From assembly GCA_965246735.1 (NCBI GenBank), contig CBDFFK010000002.1, forward strand, positions 131,855 through 195,854: DNA of 64,000 bases, given 5' to 3'. Positions within the stretch are counted from its first letter, which is position 1. Each line of letters starts with the position of its first letter. Of this stretch, positions 11,601 through 21,214 are shown one piece after another. The notes under the pieces were generated by a model that was given only the letters and a program-made list of their open reading frames with translations, did no database searches and was not told the origin of the DNA. A program made the translations under genes and the position numbers. This DNA is from Chamaesiphon sp. (GTDB taxonomy: Bacteria; Cyanobacteriota; Cyanobacteriia; Cyanobacteriales; Chamaesiphonaceae).

Positions 11601-11813
11601 GATGGCCCCGGGATCGCTCCGGAAAACTGGGAGCGAGTGTTTGGGATCTTTCAAACTTTGACTACTGGCGATAAAGACAATACCGGAATCGGGCTATCGA
11701 TCGTCAAAAAAATCGTCGAAACTCAAGGCGGTAACATCTCGATCGAATGTCCGCTCGATCGGGGTACGACCTTTCGCTTTACTTGGCGAACGGCAGCAAC
11801 GCCAGGAGGATGA
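8658..11813 (+). CDS. Sensor histidine kinase: ETR1-like ethylene-binding domain, about five PAS/PAC domains, HisKA, HATPase
   Basis: SDLTIAIAYFSIP...FGAFIILCGTTH in N-terminal TM helices; PAS repeats (VHPDDL...); SHDLKAPL; N/G boxes (NLIGNA, DDGPGI, TGIGL). Confidence 0.9.
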   Translation: MTEFIANLMMSDLFIPHGHCYLWNTELVGLHLVSDLTIAIAYFSIPLTLFYFVEQREDLPFNWIFTLFGAFIILCGTTHLLEVWTLWHPVYWLSGAVKALTALVSAYTAIVLVRLIPQALKLPSPAQLEAANRELQQQIRDRELAEAQIQQLNEELEARVAARTQELAASTLQAGDLSERLSLAIEAAGLGICDWNIITKTITWNRYHELLLDYQPGTLAEYTYEDWERRVHPDDLARVLAAIDLAMAAQTDYSSEYRVIWADGSIHWLDGFGRFYYNSDGVPIRMTGLAKDITDRKQTELALAASEERLKLTIDAARIGTFDWNILTKQVTWNDYHRLLLGYGVEIPASNAAWAQRVHPEDLARVRTTVQLARDTHTDYACEYRIIWEDGSPHWLEAFGKFYYDRDDRPIRMTGIVNDITDRKQAELRLQQSERRYRALIEATAQIIWSTAANGHIVVEQPSWGAFTGQSFEEYRGWGWSAAFHPDDRARIDELWLAAVNNLTTFEMEQRLRRHDGEYRDMSVRAVPILEGDGSVQEWVGVHTDITDRKRDETNLRRSEEFNRRILENNKDCIKVLDLEGRLLYMNDGGKKLMEISDFAEYDRALWMEFWGGADRESANLAWQAAKAGNTSKFEGHCPTVLGVPKWWQVTVAPMFDDRGNVEQILSISHDITDRIQSELAIRESEEQFRSTFEQAAVGVAHVDLDGRWLLVNQRLCEIVGYSETELLGNNFQDISFPDDIPADLECIRQILAGEIQIIKLEKRYLHKSGRLVWIGLTASLRRSDAGDPMYFIASFEDISARKQSEFDLQAQAVKLAQTTALVEQRNQELDRFAHIVSHDLKAPLRGIANLSEWIADDLTDEVDPDIQKNLELMRSRVYRMEALINGLLQYARIGNTEESLVTFSIPQLLDEIVDSLNLPDGFAIELPSELPPITTNRILLSQVLANLIGNAYKHHDRAEGRIRVTAQARSDDLWEFTVTDDGPGIAPENWERVFGIFQTLTTGDKDNTGIGLSIVKKIVETQGGNISIECPLDRGTTFRFTWRTAATPGG

Positions 11814-11917
11814 ACAAGCCAGAGCTAACATTTGGTGACAAGTACATCGGCTCGAATCTAACTGTCAATTACTAAGGAATGAGGATTTAATAATCTGCAG
11901 ATCTGCCATCGCCCTAG

Positions 11918-11957
11918 CCTTTAGTAGGGGCAATTCATGAATTGCCCCTACTAAAGG
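11918..11957. repeat. Perfect 40-bp GTAG-type REP palindrome; related GTAGGG hairpins near 5700-5724, 49194-49214, 58577-58602
   Basis: cctttagtaggggcaattca|tgaattgcccctactaaagg. Confidence 0.85.
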
Positions 11958-12195
11958 AGGAATTGCTAAATATGCCGTTTTGGTGATGTCTACGCCATTT
12001 GACTGAGGTAAACTAAATGCTCAATCTAAATATCAGGTACAAACACCGCTCGAGCCGCACTAGCAAGCAGCAACTAAATAAAACAATCGCACCAGCGCTG
12101 ACGATCGCGTCAAATAGCGGCAGCCCCAAGTACAAACTCGCTTCATTAGCGGAAGACTAACGCAACTGCCACCCAACATCTGACCACACCCCACA

Positions 12196-14037
12196 ATGCA
12201 GAAAGTTCCCTTCTTATCCCTATTCTCCAAACTAAAATGGCAGAAACGCTCGCTCGTCGAGCGGGGAGCGATCGCGATCAATATTCCGCTGCTGTGTTTG
12301 GTCATCTCGCTCGGTACGCATGTATTTATCCGCCAACTCACGATCCTCTCCGAAGCCAAGGTCGAACACGTTCAAAGTACCTTGCAAGAAAGTCGCACGC
12401 TGCTGGTAGATATGCTCAATGCCGAAACTGGAGTGCGGGGCTACTACATCACGCAGCAGTCAGGATTTCTCGAACCCTATAACTATGGGGTGACAAAGTT
12501 ACCCAAAACATTCACGCGACTCAAGCAATTAGTCAGTGGCAATCCCGCACAAGCACGCCGGATGGCACTGCTCGAAGACATCTCCAACCAAAAAGTAGCG
12601 ATTCTCAAAGATCGGATCGGCAAAGTTCAACGCGGCGAAGTAACGCTCGGCTCCCCCAGAGCGAACTTGAACTTGCTCGAAGGGAAACAGGCGATGGATC
12701 GATTTCGCCAGCTCTTAACCGAATTTTCGACGATCGAGGAACGCGAACTGAACTCGGGGTATCAAGACCTCCAGCAGTTCCGCGATCTGAACATTTTAGT
12801 AATTGTCATGGGCGTAGCGATTAGCGGCTTGGGGGGCGCGTTTGCGGCGAAGCTATTTAGAAGTCTCGCTCACGAACTCACCGAGCGCGAATTTAAACTC
12901 CAAGCAAGCAATAATCTGATCCGCGCCATCTTTAGTAATGTCGTCGATGGGGCGATCGTACTTGACGAGCATGGGCAAATCACCGAGTGTAACGACGCGG
13001 CAACGCAGTTGTTCGGCTACGATCGCGCTTCACTAATCGGTCAAAATTGGACGATCTTACTCGGACAACACAGCCAAAATATCGTGCCACTCGATACCTT
13101 AGGCAAGGTCAAGATCGACGAAGCCGGACATTTATGGCAAACGCTGGGACAACGCCAAGATGGTGACTACTTCCCGATCGAAGTCTCGATCGGGCAGATC
13201 GATCTCGAATCTACCGAGCGCCAAATCGCCATCATCCGCGATATTAGCTCGCGCAAGCAAGCCGAAGCCAAACTCCAGTCCCGTGCCGAAGAACTAGCTC
13301 AGCTCAATCTCACCCTCCGACGCACCAATTCCACCCTCAAAGAGCGCAATCGTGAATTAGATCGCTTTGCCTATGTGACATCGCACGACCTCAAAGCACC
13401 ACTCCGGGCGATCGCCAATCTCTCCGACTGGATTGCCGAAGATCTCGGCAAAGACCTGCCCATCGAAAATCAACATCAACTCCGGCTCCTACGCGGTCGC
13501 GTCGATCGGATGGAAGCTTTGCTCAATGGTTTGCTCGACTATTCCCGCGTCGGTCGCCGGCACATCCCGATCGAATTAACCGATGTCAATGAATTAATCG
13601 CCGAAACGCTCGCCAAAATCCAGCCACCAGCAACTTTTAAGATCGAAATCGCGTCAAAGTTACCAACGTTTGCCGTCCGGCGATCGCTACTCAGGCAAGT
13701 ATTTTACAGTCTGATCGACAACGCGATCGAACATCACCCCAGTTCTCACGGCACTGTCACAATTTCGGTAACAGATCTCGGCGATCGCTATGAATTTGCC
13801 GTTGCTGACGACGGACAAGGCATCGAACCCCAATATCACGAGCGCATTTATCATATCTTTCAAACACTCCAAGCCCGAGACACGCATGAAAGTACGGGTG
13901 TAGGCTTGGCGATCGTCAAAAAAATTATCGAAACAGAAGGAGGCACAATTCGGTTACAATCATCTCTGGGCCAAGGATCAACCTTCTACTTCTCTTGGCT
14001 CAAACAGCCGATCGAGTCAATTTATACAGAAGATTAA
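12196..14037 (+). CDS. CHASE3-PAS sensor histidine kinase
   Basis: TM, CHASE3 (LVDMLNAETGVRGYYITQQSGFLEPY), TM, PAS, SHDLKAPLRAI, HATPase. Confidence 0.9.
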   Translation: MQKVPFLSLFSKLKWQKRSLVERGAIAINIPLLCLVISLGTHVFIRQLTILSEAKVEHVQSTLQESRTLLVDMLNAETGVRGYYITQQSGFLEPYNYGVTKLPKTFTRLKQLVSGNPAQARRMALLEDISNQKVAILKDRIGKVQRGEVTLGSPRANLNLLEGKQAMDRFRQLLTEFSTIEERELNSGYQDLQQFRDLNILVIVMGVAISGLGGAFAAKLFRSLAHELTEREFKLQASNNLIRAIFSNVVDGAIVLDEHGQITECNDAATQLFGYDRASLIGQNWTILLGQHSQNIVPLDTLGKVKIDEAGHLWQTLGQRQDGDYFPIEVSIGQIDLESTERQIAIIRDISSRKQAEAKLQSRAEELAQLNLTLRRTNSTLKERNRELDRFAYVTSHDLKAPLRAIANLSDWIAEDLGKDLPIENQHQLRLLRGRVDRMEALLNGLLDYSRVGRRHIPIELTDVNELIAETLAKIQPPATFKIEIASKLPTFAVRRSLLRQVFYSLIDNAIEHHPSSHGTVTISVTDLGDRYEFAVADDGQGIEPQYHERIYHIFQTLQARDTHESTGVGLAIVKKIIETEGGTIRLQSSLGQGSTFYFSWLKQPIESIYTED

Positions 14038-14176
14038 CGAATTACCTAAACCTCTATATATCGATAGATTAACGCTCGGTAAGTTCATAACTATAATGGT
14101 TTGAACAGGCGATTGCGTTCGAGATTATAGCGATCGCTCTGGTTGCTGAGTCGATCGCTAACAGCAATTTTTTTGT

Positions 14177-14605
14177 ATGACTTTTGAAATGATTAATATT
14201 TTGCTAGTTGAAGACGACGAGGTCGATGTCATGAATGTCCGCCGGGCCTTTAAAAAAGGCCACATCGCTAACCCTCTATATGTCGCTGGTAATGGCATTG
14301 AAGCCCTAGAAATGTTACGTGGTGAAGGTGATGTCCCACAGATCCCGATGCAACGTCGGTTGATTTTGCTCGATCTGAACATGCCTAAGATGAATGGAAT
14401 TGAGTTTCTGACGGTCTTACGTGCCGATCCCCAGCTCAAACAAACACCAGTAGTCGTCCTCACCACCTCTAGCGAAGATCGCGATCGCGTAAATGCCTAC
14501 AACCTCAATGTTGCAGGTTATTTACTCAAGCCAGTAACTTTCGGTACATTCGTCGAAACCATGACCACCTTAAACCAGTATTGGACATTATGTGAAATGC
14601 CTTAA
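14177..14605 (+). CDS. Single-domain response regulator (Rcp1-like)
   Basis: ILLVEDD, LILLDLNMPKMNG, VVVLTTS, YLLKPV. Confidence 0.92.
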   Translation: MTFEMINILLVEDDEVDVMNVRRAFKKGHIANPLYVAGNGIEALEMLRGEGDVPQIPMQRRLILLDLNMPKMNGIEFLTVLRADPQLKQTPVVVLTTSSEDRDRVNAYNLNVAGYLLKPVTFGTFVETMTTLNQYWTLCEMP

Positions 14606-14611
14606 GATCCG

Positions 14612-14706
14612 GAACCCACCCCACCCTATCGGGCACCCCTGTCTTGTCGGTTTTTTTATTCGGAGGGAACCTCCGAATAAAACCGCCGCTCCTAGGAGGG
14701 GAATTT
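14612..14706 (+). repeat. CCCCACCC...GGGCACCCCTCC...GGAGGGG repeat with nested TGTCTTG...CGC module (14640-14689)
   Basis: Family members at 28814-28980 (reverse, nested), 41648-41672 and 63962-64000 (no nested module). Confidence 0.75.
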
Positions 14707-14901
14707 AGTGGGAGGGGTAGATTTAGGAAGGCGATCGAGCAGTATAGCTATATTTGGGATCTGAATCCCCCGATCTTGTTGCGCTGTAGGGAATAAGAAT
14801 AGTATGAGTCGCTGTAATAATCGGTCGATCGCCCACAGCTCGCCATACTACAATCTACCATTGAGTAACTGCCGAAGGCAAGCTCCGCTACACACTAACC
14901 G

Positions 14902-15017
14902 AACCTTGTGCAGGGGAGTTTGAGGGGCGGCACCCCGCTCCTCAACGGGGGGTCTGGGGGTCGGCACCCCCAGATCCGGGTTCCACCCACCAGCAATCAA
15001 AAGGAAAGCACCAGTCC
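14902..15017 (+). repeat. Single-unit copy of the 5337-5573 element (inverted)
   Basis: Reverse complement aligns nearly base for base with 5457-5573. Confidence 0.88.
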
Positions 15018-15111
15018 AAGATCCGTAATTTGTAGCTAGTAAAAAGCCTGAAAATAGAAACCCGATCGCAGATCTTAGACAGATATACACTAACCAACCC
15101 CAAACCCTTAG

Positions 15112-16233
15112 ATGGAAGATGAGTTAAAAGTATTAATCGTCGATGACGATATAGTCGATCGAATGCTAGTACAGCGCTCCATCAAAAATGCAGGCATGGA
15201 CGTGACATTTGCCGAAGCAGAAACCTGTGCAGCCGCCATGCAGCTCCTAGAGCGACAATCCTTTGATTGTATCTTCGTCGATTACCAACTACCCGATCGC
15301 GATGGCTTGTCATTGGTGCAAAGCATCCGTAACATGAATATCAAAGCACCGATCGTCGCCCTCACCGGACAAGGTGACGAACAAATCGCCGTAGAATTGA
15401 TGAAAGCCGGAGCCACCGACTACCTTAATAAATCTCGCATCTCACCAGCCGCCCTTGCCCAAATCCTCAGAAACGCCGTGCGCGTCTACCGCGCCGAGAC
15501 AGAGACAACCTTGCAACGGGCAGATTTTATTACACACCTCACCCACGATCTCCGTACCCCGCTAGTGGCAGCAGATATGATGCTCAAGCTGTTTCAAAAA
15601 GGTACGTTTGGCGAACTTCCCTCAGAGACACACGCCCCATTGACAGCCATGATCCGCAGCAATCAAAGCTTGTTGGAGATGGTGAATACACTGCTCGAAG
15701 TCAACTGTTACGACGCTGGCGCAAAAGTCATCACCCCGATTGTCTGTCACATGTGGCAGATCTGTGGCGATATTATCGAAGAACTCCAAGCCGTCGCTAG
15801 CGAAAAAGGTTTAGAACTCAAAATTTCCCTAATTGACGAGCATAGCGACAAGCCGGAGCGATTGCTAATCATGGGCGACTGTCAAGAAATCCGCAGGATG
15901 ATTACCAATCTCGTCGGTAATTCGCTGAAATTTACCGAAGCAGGAGCCGTCGAACTCAGTCTGGGCATCTCGCCACGCCAACCTGAAGATCCAGATCCCA
16001 TTACAGGCTGGTTGACGATGAAAGTGCGCGATACCGGATTAGGGATGTCTCCCGACCAGCAAGCAACCATCTTTCAACGTTATCGAAAAGGCACTCACAA
16101 GCAAGCTGGCAGTGGATTGGGATTGCATTTAGTTCAAAAGATTGTCACGATCCATTCCGGCACCATCCGGGTCGATTCTACTGTAGGCGAGGGAAGTATA
16201 TTTACGGTGGATCTCCCTTTACATATCGAGTAG
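15112..16233 (+). CDS. Hybrid REC-histidine kinase
   Basis: N-terminal REC (IVDDD, FVDYQLPDRDG), THDLRTPL, NLVGNSLKF, DTGLG, GSGLGL. Confidence 0.92.
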   Translation: MEDELKVLIVDDDIVDRMLVQRSIKNAGMDVTFAEAETCAAAMQLLERQSFDCIFVDYQLPDRDGLSLVQSIRNMNIKAPIVALTGQGDEQIAVELMKAGATDYLNKSRISPAALAQILRNAVRVYRAETETTLQRADFITHLTHDLRTPLVAADMMLKLFQKGTFGELPSETHAPLTAMIRSNQSLLEMVNTLLEVNCYDAGAKVITPIVCHMWQICGDIIEELQAVASEKGLELKISLIDEHSDKPERLLIMGDCQEIRRMITNLVGNSLKFTEAGAVELSLGISPRQPEDPDPITGWLTMKVRDTGLGMSPDQQATIFQRYRKGTHKQAGSGLGLHLVQKIVTIHSGTIRVDSTVGEGSIFTVDLPLHIE

Positions 16234-16337
16234 CACTAACTTCAGCAGATCGATTTGTCCGAATGCGGGTTGTAGATCGATCCCTCGCTCAGTAGCCTTT
16301 CAATAAAGACTTCACTAGCGCAGCACAGATTCAGCCT

Positions 16338-17453
16338 ATGGAAACTTTGCAATCTGATGACCTGTCAAAACTCCATCACAGCATTCAACAGCTCTATAAA
16401 CTGCACGATCTCGCTACTTTTAAGGTGGACGCATTACGAATCGTCGATCGACTCGTGCCTAGCGACATACCTCTATTTCATTCGACCAACTTTCAAACGT
16501 ATAAAACCGAAGATGTCTATATACCAGGCAGCTTTCCTGGCTTAACTTCAGAATTGCAAAGCGTGAAGGTTAAATATCTTGGCGAACATCCTTTCATGCA
16601 AAATCTGCCAAAAACTCTCAATGGAGCTTGCAAAATCTCAGATTTTGTCTCTCAAGCAGAACTACATTCTCTTGCCGGTATTTATCAGCAATTTTTACGG
16701 CTGCTCGACACTGAAGACCAAATGTTTTTACTTTTATCAACGCCTGAAGCTAATATTTGGCTACCTCAGGTAAGTTCAGGTAAAATCATTTACGGGCTAA
16801 CACTAAACAGAGATCGATGTAGCTTCACCGAACGCGATCGATCGATCCTAAATTTATTACGCCCACACCTATCCCAGGCTTATGAGAACGTCGTTTGCTG
16901 CGATCGATTACAACAAGAACTCAATGAGGTTCGGCAGTCTCTTAATTGTCTAGGAGCGATCGGTTTAGATAATGAAGGGCAAATAAAATCGATCGCACCC
17001 CAAGCCATCGTGTGGCTAGAAACTTATTTTACCAAACCTACTTCCACTCGACAACTTCCCGATCGGTTGCGATCGTGGGTAAAATATCGAATCGATACTT
17101 TAACACAGGATTCTGCTTTTACTGACACTCATTTAACTTTAAAAATTCAAAAAGCCGAGCGAGAATTAATAATTCGATTAGTCATCGATTCAGCGCGATC
17201 TCAACACTTACTATTATTAGAAGAGCGGTCGATAGCCTCGATCGATACCCTAATAGCGCTGGGATTGAGTCAGCGCGAAACAGCGGTATTGTTACTATTA
17301 ATTCAGGGTAAAGATAATAAAGCGATCGCCTCGCAACTAAATATTCATCCGGGGACAGTTCGCAAGCATCTAGAAAATATTTATCACAAACTGGATGTAG
17401 AGAGTCGCACGGAAGCGATCGCACATGCGCTGACAAAACTCGGAATAATGTAA
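16338..17453 (+). CDS. LuxR-family HTH regulator with N-terminal sensor-like domain
   Basis: C-terminal LSQRETAVLLLL...TVRKHLENIYHKL; GAF-like N-terminal region inferred. Confidence 0.82.
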   Translation: METLQSDDLSKLHHSIQQLYKLHDLATFKVDALRIVDRLVPSDIPLFHSTNFQTYKTEDVYIPGSFPGLTSELQSVKVKYLGEHPFMQNLPKTLNGACKISDFVSQAELHSLAGIYQQFLRLLDTEDQMFLLLSTPEANIWLPQVSSGKIIYGLTLNRDRCSFTERDRSILNLLRPHLSQAYENVVCCDRLQQELNEVRQSLNCLGAIGLDNEGQIKSIAPQAIVWLETYFTKPTSTRQLPDRLRSWVKYRIDTLTQDSAFTDTHLTLKIQKAERELIIRLVIDSARSQHLLLLEERSIASIDTLIALGLSQRETAVLLLLIQGKDNKAIASQLNIHPGTVRKHLENIYHKLDVESRTEAIAHALTKLGIM

Positions 17454-17593
17454 AAGAATTGTCGAGTAGAATCGATCTGAATATCGTCAAGATAACTCGA
17501 CTTAGTTCGATACCAGCTGTTACTCAATGGTGTGATGAGCTAAAATGATGACTATCGGACAATAATGTTGCACTCGCATCGAGTCTTGGGAGG

Positions 17594-18229
17594 GTGAAAA
17601 TGGCACTAGTAGAGTCTAAAACAATTAGCTTTGATAATTTTATCACCTGGTTGCCAGAGCGATCTGCATATCGTTACGAGCTTAGAGATGGAGAAATTCT
17701 AGAAATGCCCAAACCAAGAGGCAAACATTCGGAGATAGCTGGATTTATTATCTCAGAGTTAAATTTCATCATTCGTCAGTCTCCGCTACCTTATCTGATT
17801 CCGCGAGAATCGATCGTCAAGTCGATCGACGGTAAATCTGGATACGAACCAGATGCGATCGTATTAGATAGAGAAATGCTAGCTCAAGAATCACGGTGGG
17901 AGACAGAATCGATAATCACCCAAGGTAATTCTGTCAAGCTAGCAATTGAAGTTGTATCGACTAATTGGCAAGATGATTATGCACTCAAGCAGATTGCATA
18001 CCAATCTTTGGGCATTCAGGAATATTGGATCGTCGATTATTTAGGATTGGGTGGGCGAAATTTTATTGGTTATCCCAAACAGCCGACGATTTCAGTTTAT
18101 TACTTAATTGATGGTGAATACGACCTGCATCAATTTAGAGGTAGCGATTCTCTTACAGAGACGCTTCGCGAACGCATTCAGTCGCCAACATTTCCCAATC
18201 TAGAACTATCGATCGATAAACTGGTCTAA
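17594..18229 (+). CDS. Uma2 (DUF820) endonuclease-fold protein
   Basis: YELRDGEI, EPD, LAIEVVSTNWQDDY, EYWIVD. Confidence 0.9.
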   Translation: MKMALVESKTISFDNFITWLPERSAYRYELRDGEILEMPKPRGKHSEIAGFIISELNFIIRQSPLPYLIPRESIVKSIDGKSGYEPDAIVLDREMLAQESRWETESIITQGNSVKLAIEVVSTNWQDDYALKQIAYQSLGIQEYWIVDYLGLGGRNFIGYPKQPTISVYYLIDGEYDLHQFRGSDSLTETLRERIQSPTFPNLELSIDKLV

Positions 18230-18420
18230 GCGGATATTTGGAAATACGGAGATCCCCTGCGCAGTTGTTGCACCACAGGTTTGCCAATCTACAGATCGAT
18301 CGTGCTATCGGCAGATCGGCTCACAAATTTCATCCTTGCCAGTTGCCAATCTACCCCAACCCCAACCCGGACATCCGTAAGATATAAGATACTAGAGATC
18401 TATCGATCGCAAACTCCACC

Positions 18421-19491
18421 ATGACTGAATCTACAGACAACCAGACACCCATCAATACGGAAGAACTCCTACTGATGTTGCGGCGCAAAGAAGGCAACTG
18501 GGTTGAATGGGGCAAAGCTTGCCAACAACTCCAAAAAGCTGCACTCAACCCCCAAGATATCTTTGAAGCAACTGGATTCGAGCCGATTCACCAAAATCAA
18601 ATTATCGTTGCCGCTCAAGTGTTTGAGAGCATGATGAGTGTTGGCATCGCTCCTGCTACCCAAGCACATTATCAACGCGTTGGTAGTGATAGTCTCTACG
18701 AACTGCGCATTCTCAGCACCGCAGATCGAGCAGCTACCGCCGATTATCTATTCAATCGCAATATCGATTCTGAAGGCTCGAAAGAGGTCGCCAAGGCATT
18801 TAAAGAGTTTTCATATATGCGACAGCCTCCAGAGGGTTTTAGCCATCATCCAGGGGATGCGATCGCCTATCAATATTGGCGTTATGTCAAACAAAAAGCC
18901 GATCTAGCCGATAAAACGCGGCTGATCGCACGCGGGCTGATGTTTGCCCACACTCAAAGCGCCCGCAACCAAATCGAAAAATTACTTACAGAACTCACCG
19001 CCAAGCCCCAACGTCAAGCGCCAACACTGCCGATGTATCGACTCGAAGCCGATGAGGAGTTGCCCCGCACCTTCCCATTGGTTGGTTCGTTTCCGCTGGC
19101 TAGTAGTGTCTTAGCCTCTGTGCCGAAGATTGAAAGTCATGGGGAGTTTCAGATTACGTCGAATAATTGGACTGGCGGCTGGGTGAGTCTACCAGGCTGG
19201 CAAGTGCTCTGTAAAGCCGAACGACCGATCGCCATTCTTGCCGACGAAGAAAATTCCCCCCTGAAAATGTCGGGGCATTCTAAGGTGACGATCTTAGTCC
19301 TCGATATTAGTGCGACTGAGTGGGATGAGTTTAATTATTTTGCGATCGATCGGGACGGACAACTAGCGATCGAATGGTTTGAGTCTGCACCGAGCAGTCC
19401 CATTCTCGGCAAATTATTGTTGATTCTTCAGCCGAAAAGCCCCGTCGAGCGCGGTCACGCCCAACAAGATATCTGGGAAATGGATGATTAA
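18421..19491 (+). CDS. raf1: RuBisCO accumulation factor 1
   Basis: LRRKEGNWVEWG...IFEATGFEPIHQNQIIVAAQV; C-terminal DIWEMDD. Confidence 0.9.
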   Translation: MTESTDNQTPINTEELLLMLRRKEGNWVEWGKACQQLQKAALNPQDIFEATGFEPIHQNQIIVAAQVFESMMSVGIAPATQAHYQRVGSDSLYELRILSTADRAATADYLFNRNIDSEGSKEVAKAFKEFSYMRQPPEGFSHHPGDAIAYQYWRYVKQKADLADKTRLIARGLMFAHTQSARNQIEKLLTELTAKPQRQAPTLPMYRLEADEELPRTFPLVGSFPLASSVLASVPKIESHGEFQITSNNWTGGWVSLPGWQVLCKAERPIAILADEENSPLKMSGHSKVTILVLDISATEWDEFNYFAIDRDGQLAIEWFESAPSSPILGKLLLILQPKSPVERGHAQQDIWEMDD

Positions 19492-19608
19492 TCGCTAATA
19501 TTTGTGGTTGTGGCGATAAGTTGGGAGCATCTTTCCTGCTTATCTACCGCTCCCTTGTATAGGCCAAAAAATATAGATGGTGGGCTACAGGATCTAACAT
19601 TTAGGTAA

Positions 19609-19980
19609 ATGTTTAATTTCGATCGGCGATATTTTCAACTGGCACTCATTCTGTTCGCGATCGAGGTATTTATTGCTATATTTATTCGCGATCGATTTAT
19701 TCGTCCGTTTGTCGGCGATGTTTTGGTGGTCATTCTGATTTACTGCTTCGTCAAATCTTTTGTCAAGCTAGCCGCCGAGCGCGTTGCAGTTGCTGTGCTC
19801 ATCTTTGCATGTGCGATCGAAATCTTACAGTATTTTCAGCTAGTCGATCGATTGGGATTGCAAGATAATCGCATCGCCCAGATCGTGATTGGGGCGACAT
19901 TTGACTGGATGGATCTGGTTGCTTATGCTACGGGAACGGCGATCGTCATCGCAGTAGAATATCGTCGTCGCTTCAAATAA
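19609..19980 (+). CDS. DUF2809 membrane protein
   Basis: FIRPFVGDVLVV...IEILQYF...GATFDWMDLVAY. Confidence 0.8.
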   Translation: MFNFDRRYFQLALILFAIEVFIAIFIRDRFIRPFVGDVLVVILIYCFVKSFVKLAAERVAVAVLIFACAIEILQYFQLVDRLGLQDNRIAQIVIGATFDWMDLVAYATGTAIVIAVEYRRRFK

Positions 19981-20130
19981 ACTAAGTTTTGCCAAAATCG
20001 ATCGGTAAATTTACTGAATCTAAACTACCGAACCGCCACAATGTAGTTAAGGTAACTTGCTGTATCACCAGTCGGTCGGTTAAGTTGGATTTGTGAAAGC
20101 AACTAGCACATCTAACACCCAAAATATCTT

Positions 20131-21168
20131 ATGGAGTCAACCATCGTCTGGCGGCAGATTCAAAAGTTCAACAACAGCCTGCGGTGGCACAATCTCATTG
20201 GCGTAACCTTACTGATTGGCCTCGGAGCCGTGCAATATCGTTATCTGCGGAATTGTTTTCTAGGCCCACAAAAAATCGAATCAGCGGAACTACTCAAAAT
20301 TACCGATCCTAGTCAGCTCGATCGAGATTTTGTCACCTTTACTAGTGAAAAAGCGTTTGACACTGGTTTTCAAAAAATTAGCAAAAGTCGCGGTAGCGAA
20401 ACGACCACCAACAAATATGTAGTCGCTCTAGTTGGCGGGGAAAAAGCGTTACTAGTCGAAGCTCAACCCAGTGATGATATCGAAAAACCAACTTTTACGG
20501 GCGGACTATCGACAATCTCTACTGATGTCCAAACCAAAATTGTCGATCCTCTCCTCCAAGAGGCACCAACCATGAAAGCACGGATGCTGCCAATGCTCTT
20601 GGAAACTGGGGACTATCGCACTTGGTCTTATGCGCTGGTACCATTGCTGCTGGGTGGGATCGGTATTTGTAGTTGGAATATCTATCAAGCAAAAGCTAGG
20701 TCTGAAGATCCGCGCAAACATCCTGTATATAAGTCCCTGTCACGTTATGGCGAAGCCGATCTGATGGCGACTAATATCGATCGTGAACTGCGGACACATT
20801 ATAATGTCGAAGAACTAAAAACTGAAACTACATACATAACTCCAGCTTGGCTGATTCATCCCCAGACTTACGGTTTGCACGTTATTCAACTAGATAAATT
20901 GATGTGGGTATATAAAAAAGTCACCAGTCATAGCGTGAATTTTATTCCCACAGGTAAAAGTTATGAATTATTGATGCACGATAGCTTGGGTCGAGAGCAT
21001 ACAATTAAGATGTCTGAAAACTTGGTACATGACACGATCGAGCAAATTAATCGATACGCACCTTGGGCGGTAGTTGGGTTCACTGATGAAATTAAAAGTC
21101 TGTGGGACAAGCAACGCGATGATTTTAATACCCTTGTAGAAGAGCGCAAAAAAGAGACTAAAAACTAG
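20131..21168 (+). CDS. Hypothetical two-TM protein
   Basis: 345-aa ORF with two hydrophobic segments, followed by a hairpin; family not securely recognised. Confidence 0.7.
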   Translation: MESTIVWRQIQKFNNSLRWHNLIGVTLLIGLGAVQYRYLRNCFLGPQKIESAELLKITDPSQLDRDFVTFTSEKAFDTGFQKISKSRGSETTTNKYVVALVGGEKALLVEAQPSDDIEKPTFTGGLSTISTDVQTKIVDPLLQEAPTMKARMLPMLLETGDYRTWSYALVPLLLGGIGICSWNIYQAKARSEDPRKHPVYKSLSRYGEADLMATNIDRELRTHYNVEELKTETTYITPAWLIHPQTYGLHVIQLDKLMWVYKKVTSHSVNFIPTGKSYELLMHDSLGREHTIKMSENLVHDTIEQINRYAPWAVVGFTDEIKSLWDKQRDDFNTLVEERKKETKN

Positions 21169-21172
21169 CATA

Positions 21173-21204
21173 AAAAAGCGAGATAGGCGACCATCTCGCT
21201 TTTT
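21173..21204. terminator. Bidirectional intrinsic terminator
   Basis: aaaaagcgagat-aggcgacc-atctcgcttttt between convergent genes. Confidence 0.75.
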
Positions 21205-21214
21205 AATACTAATT

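Noticed and set aside
17594-18229. Uma2 gene as part of a defence system
   Set aside because: Uma2 genes are highly multicopy in cyanobacteria and no partner gene is adjacent.
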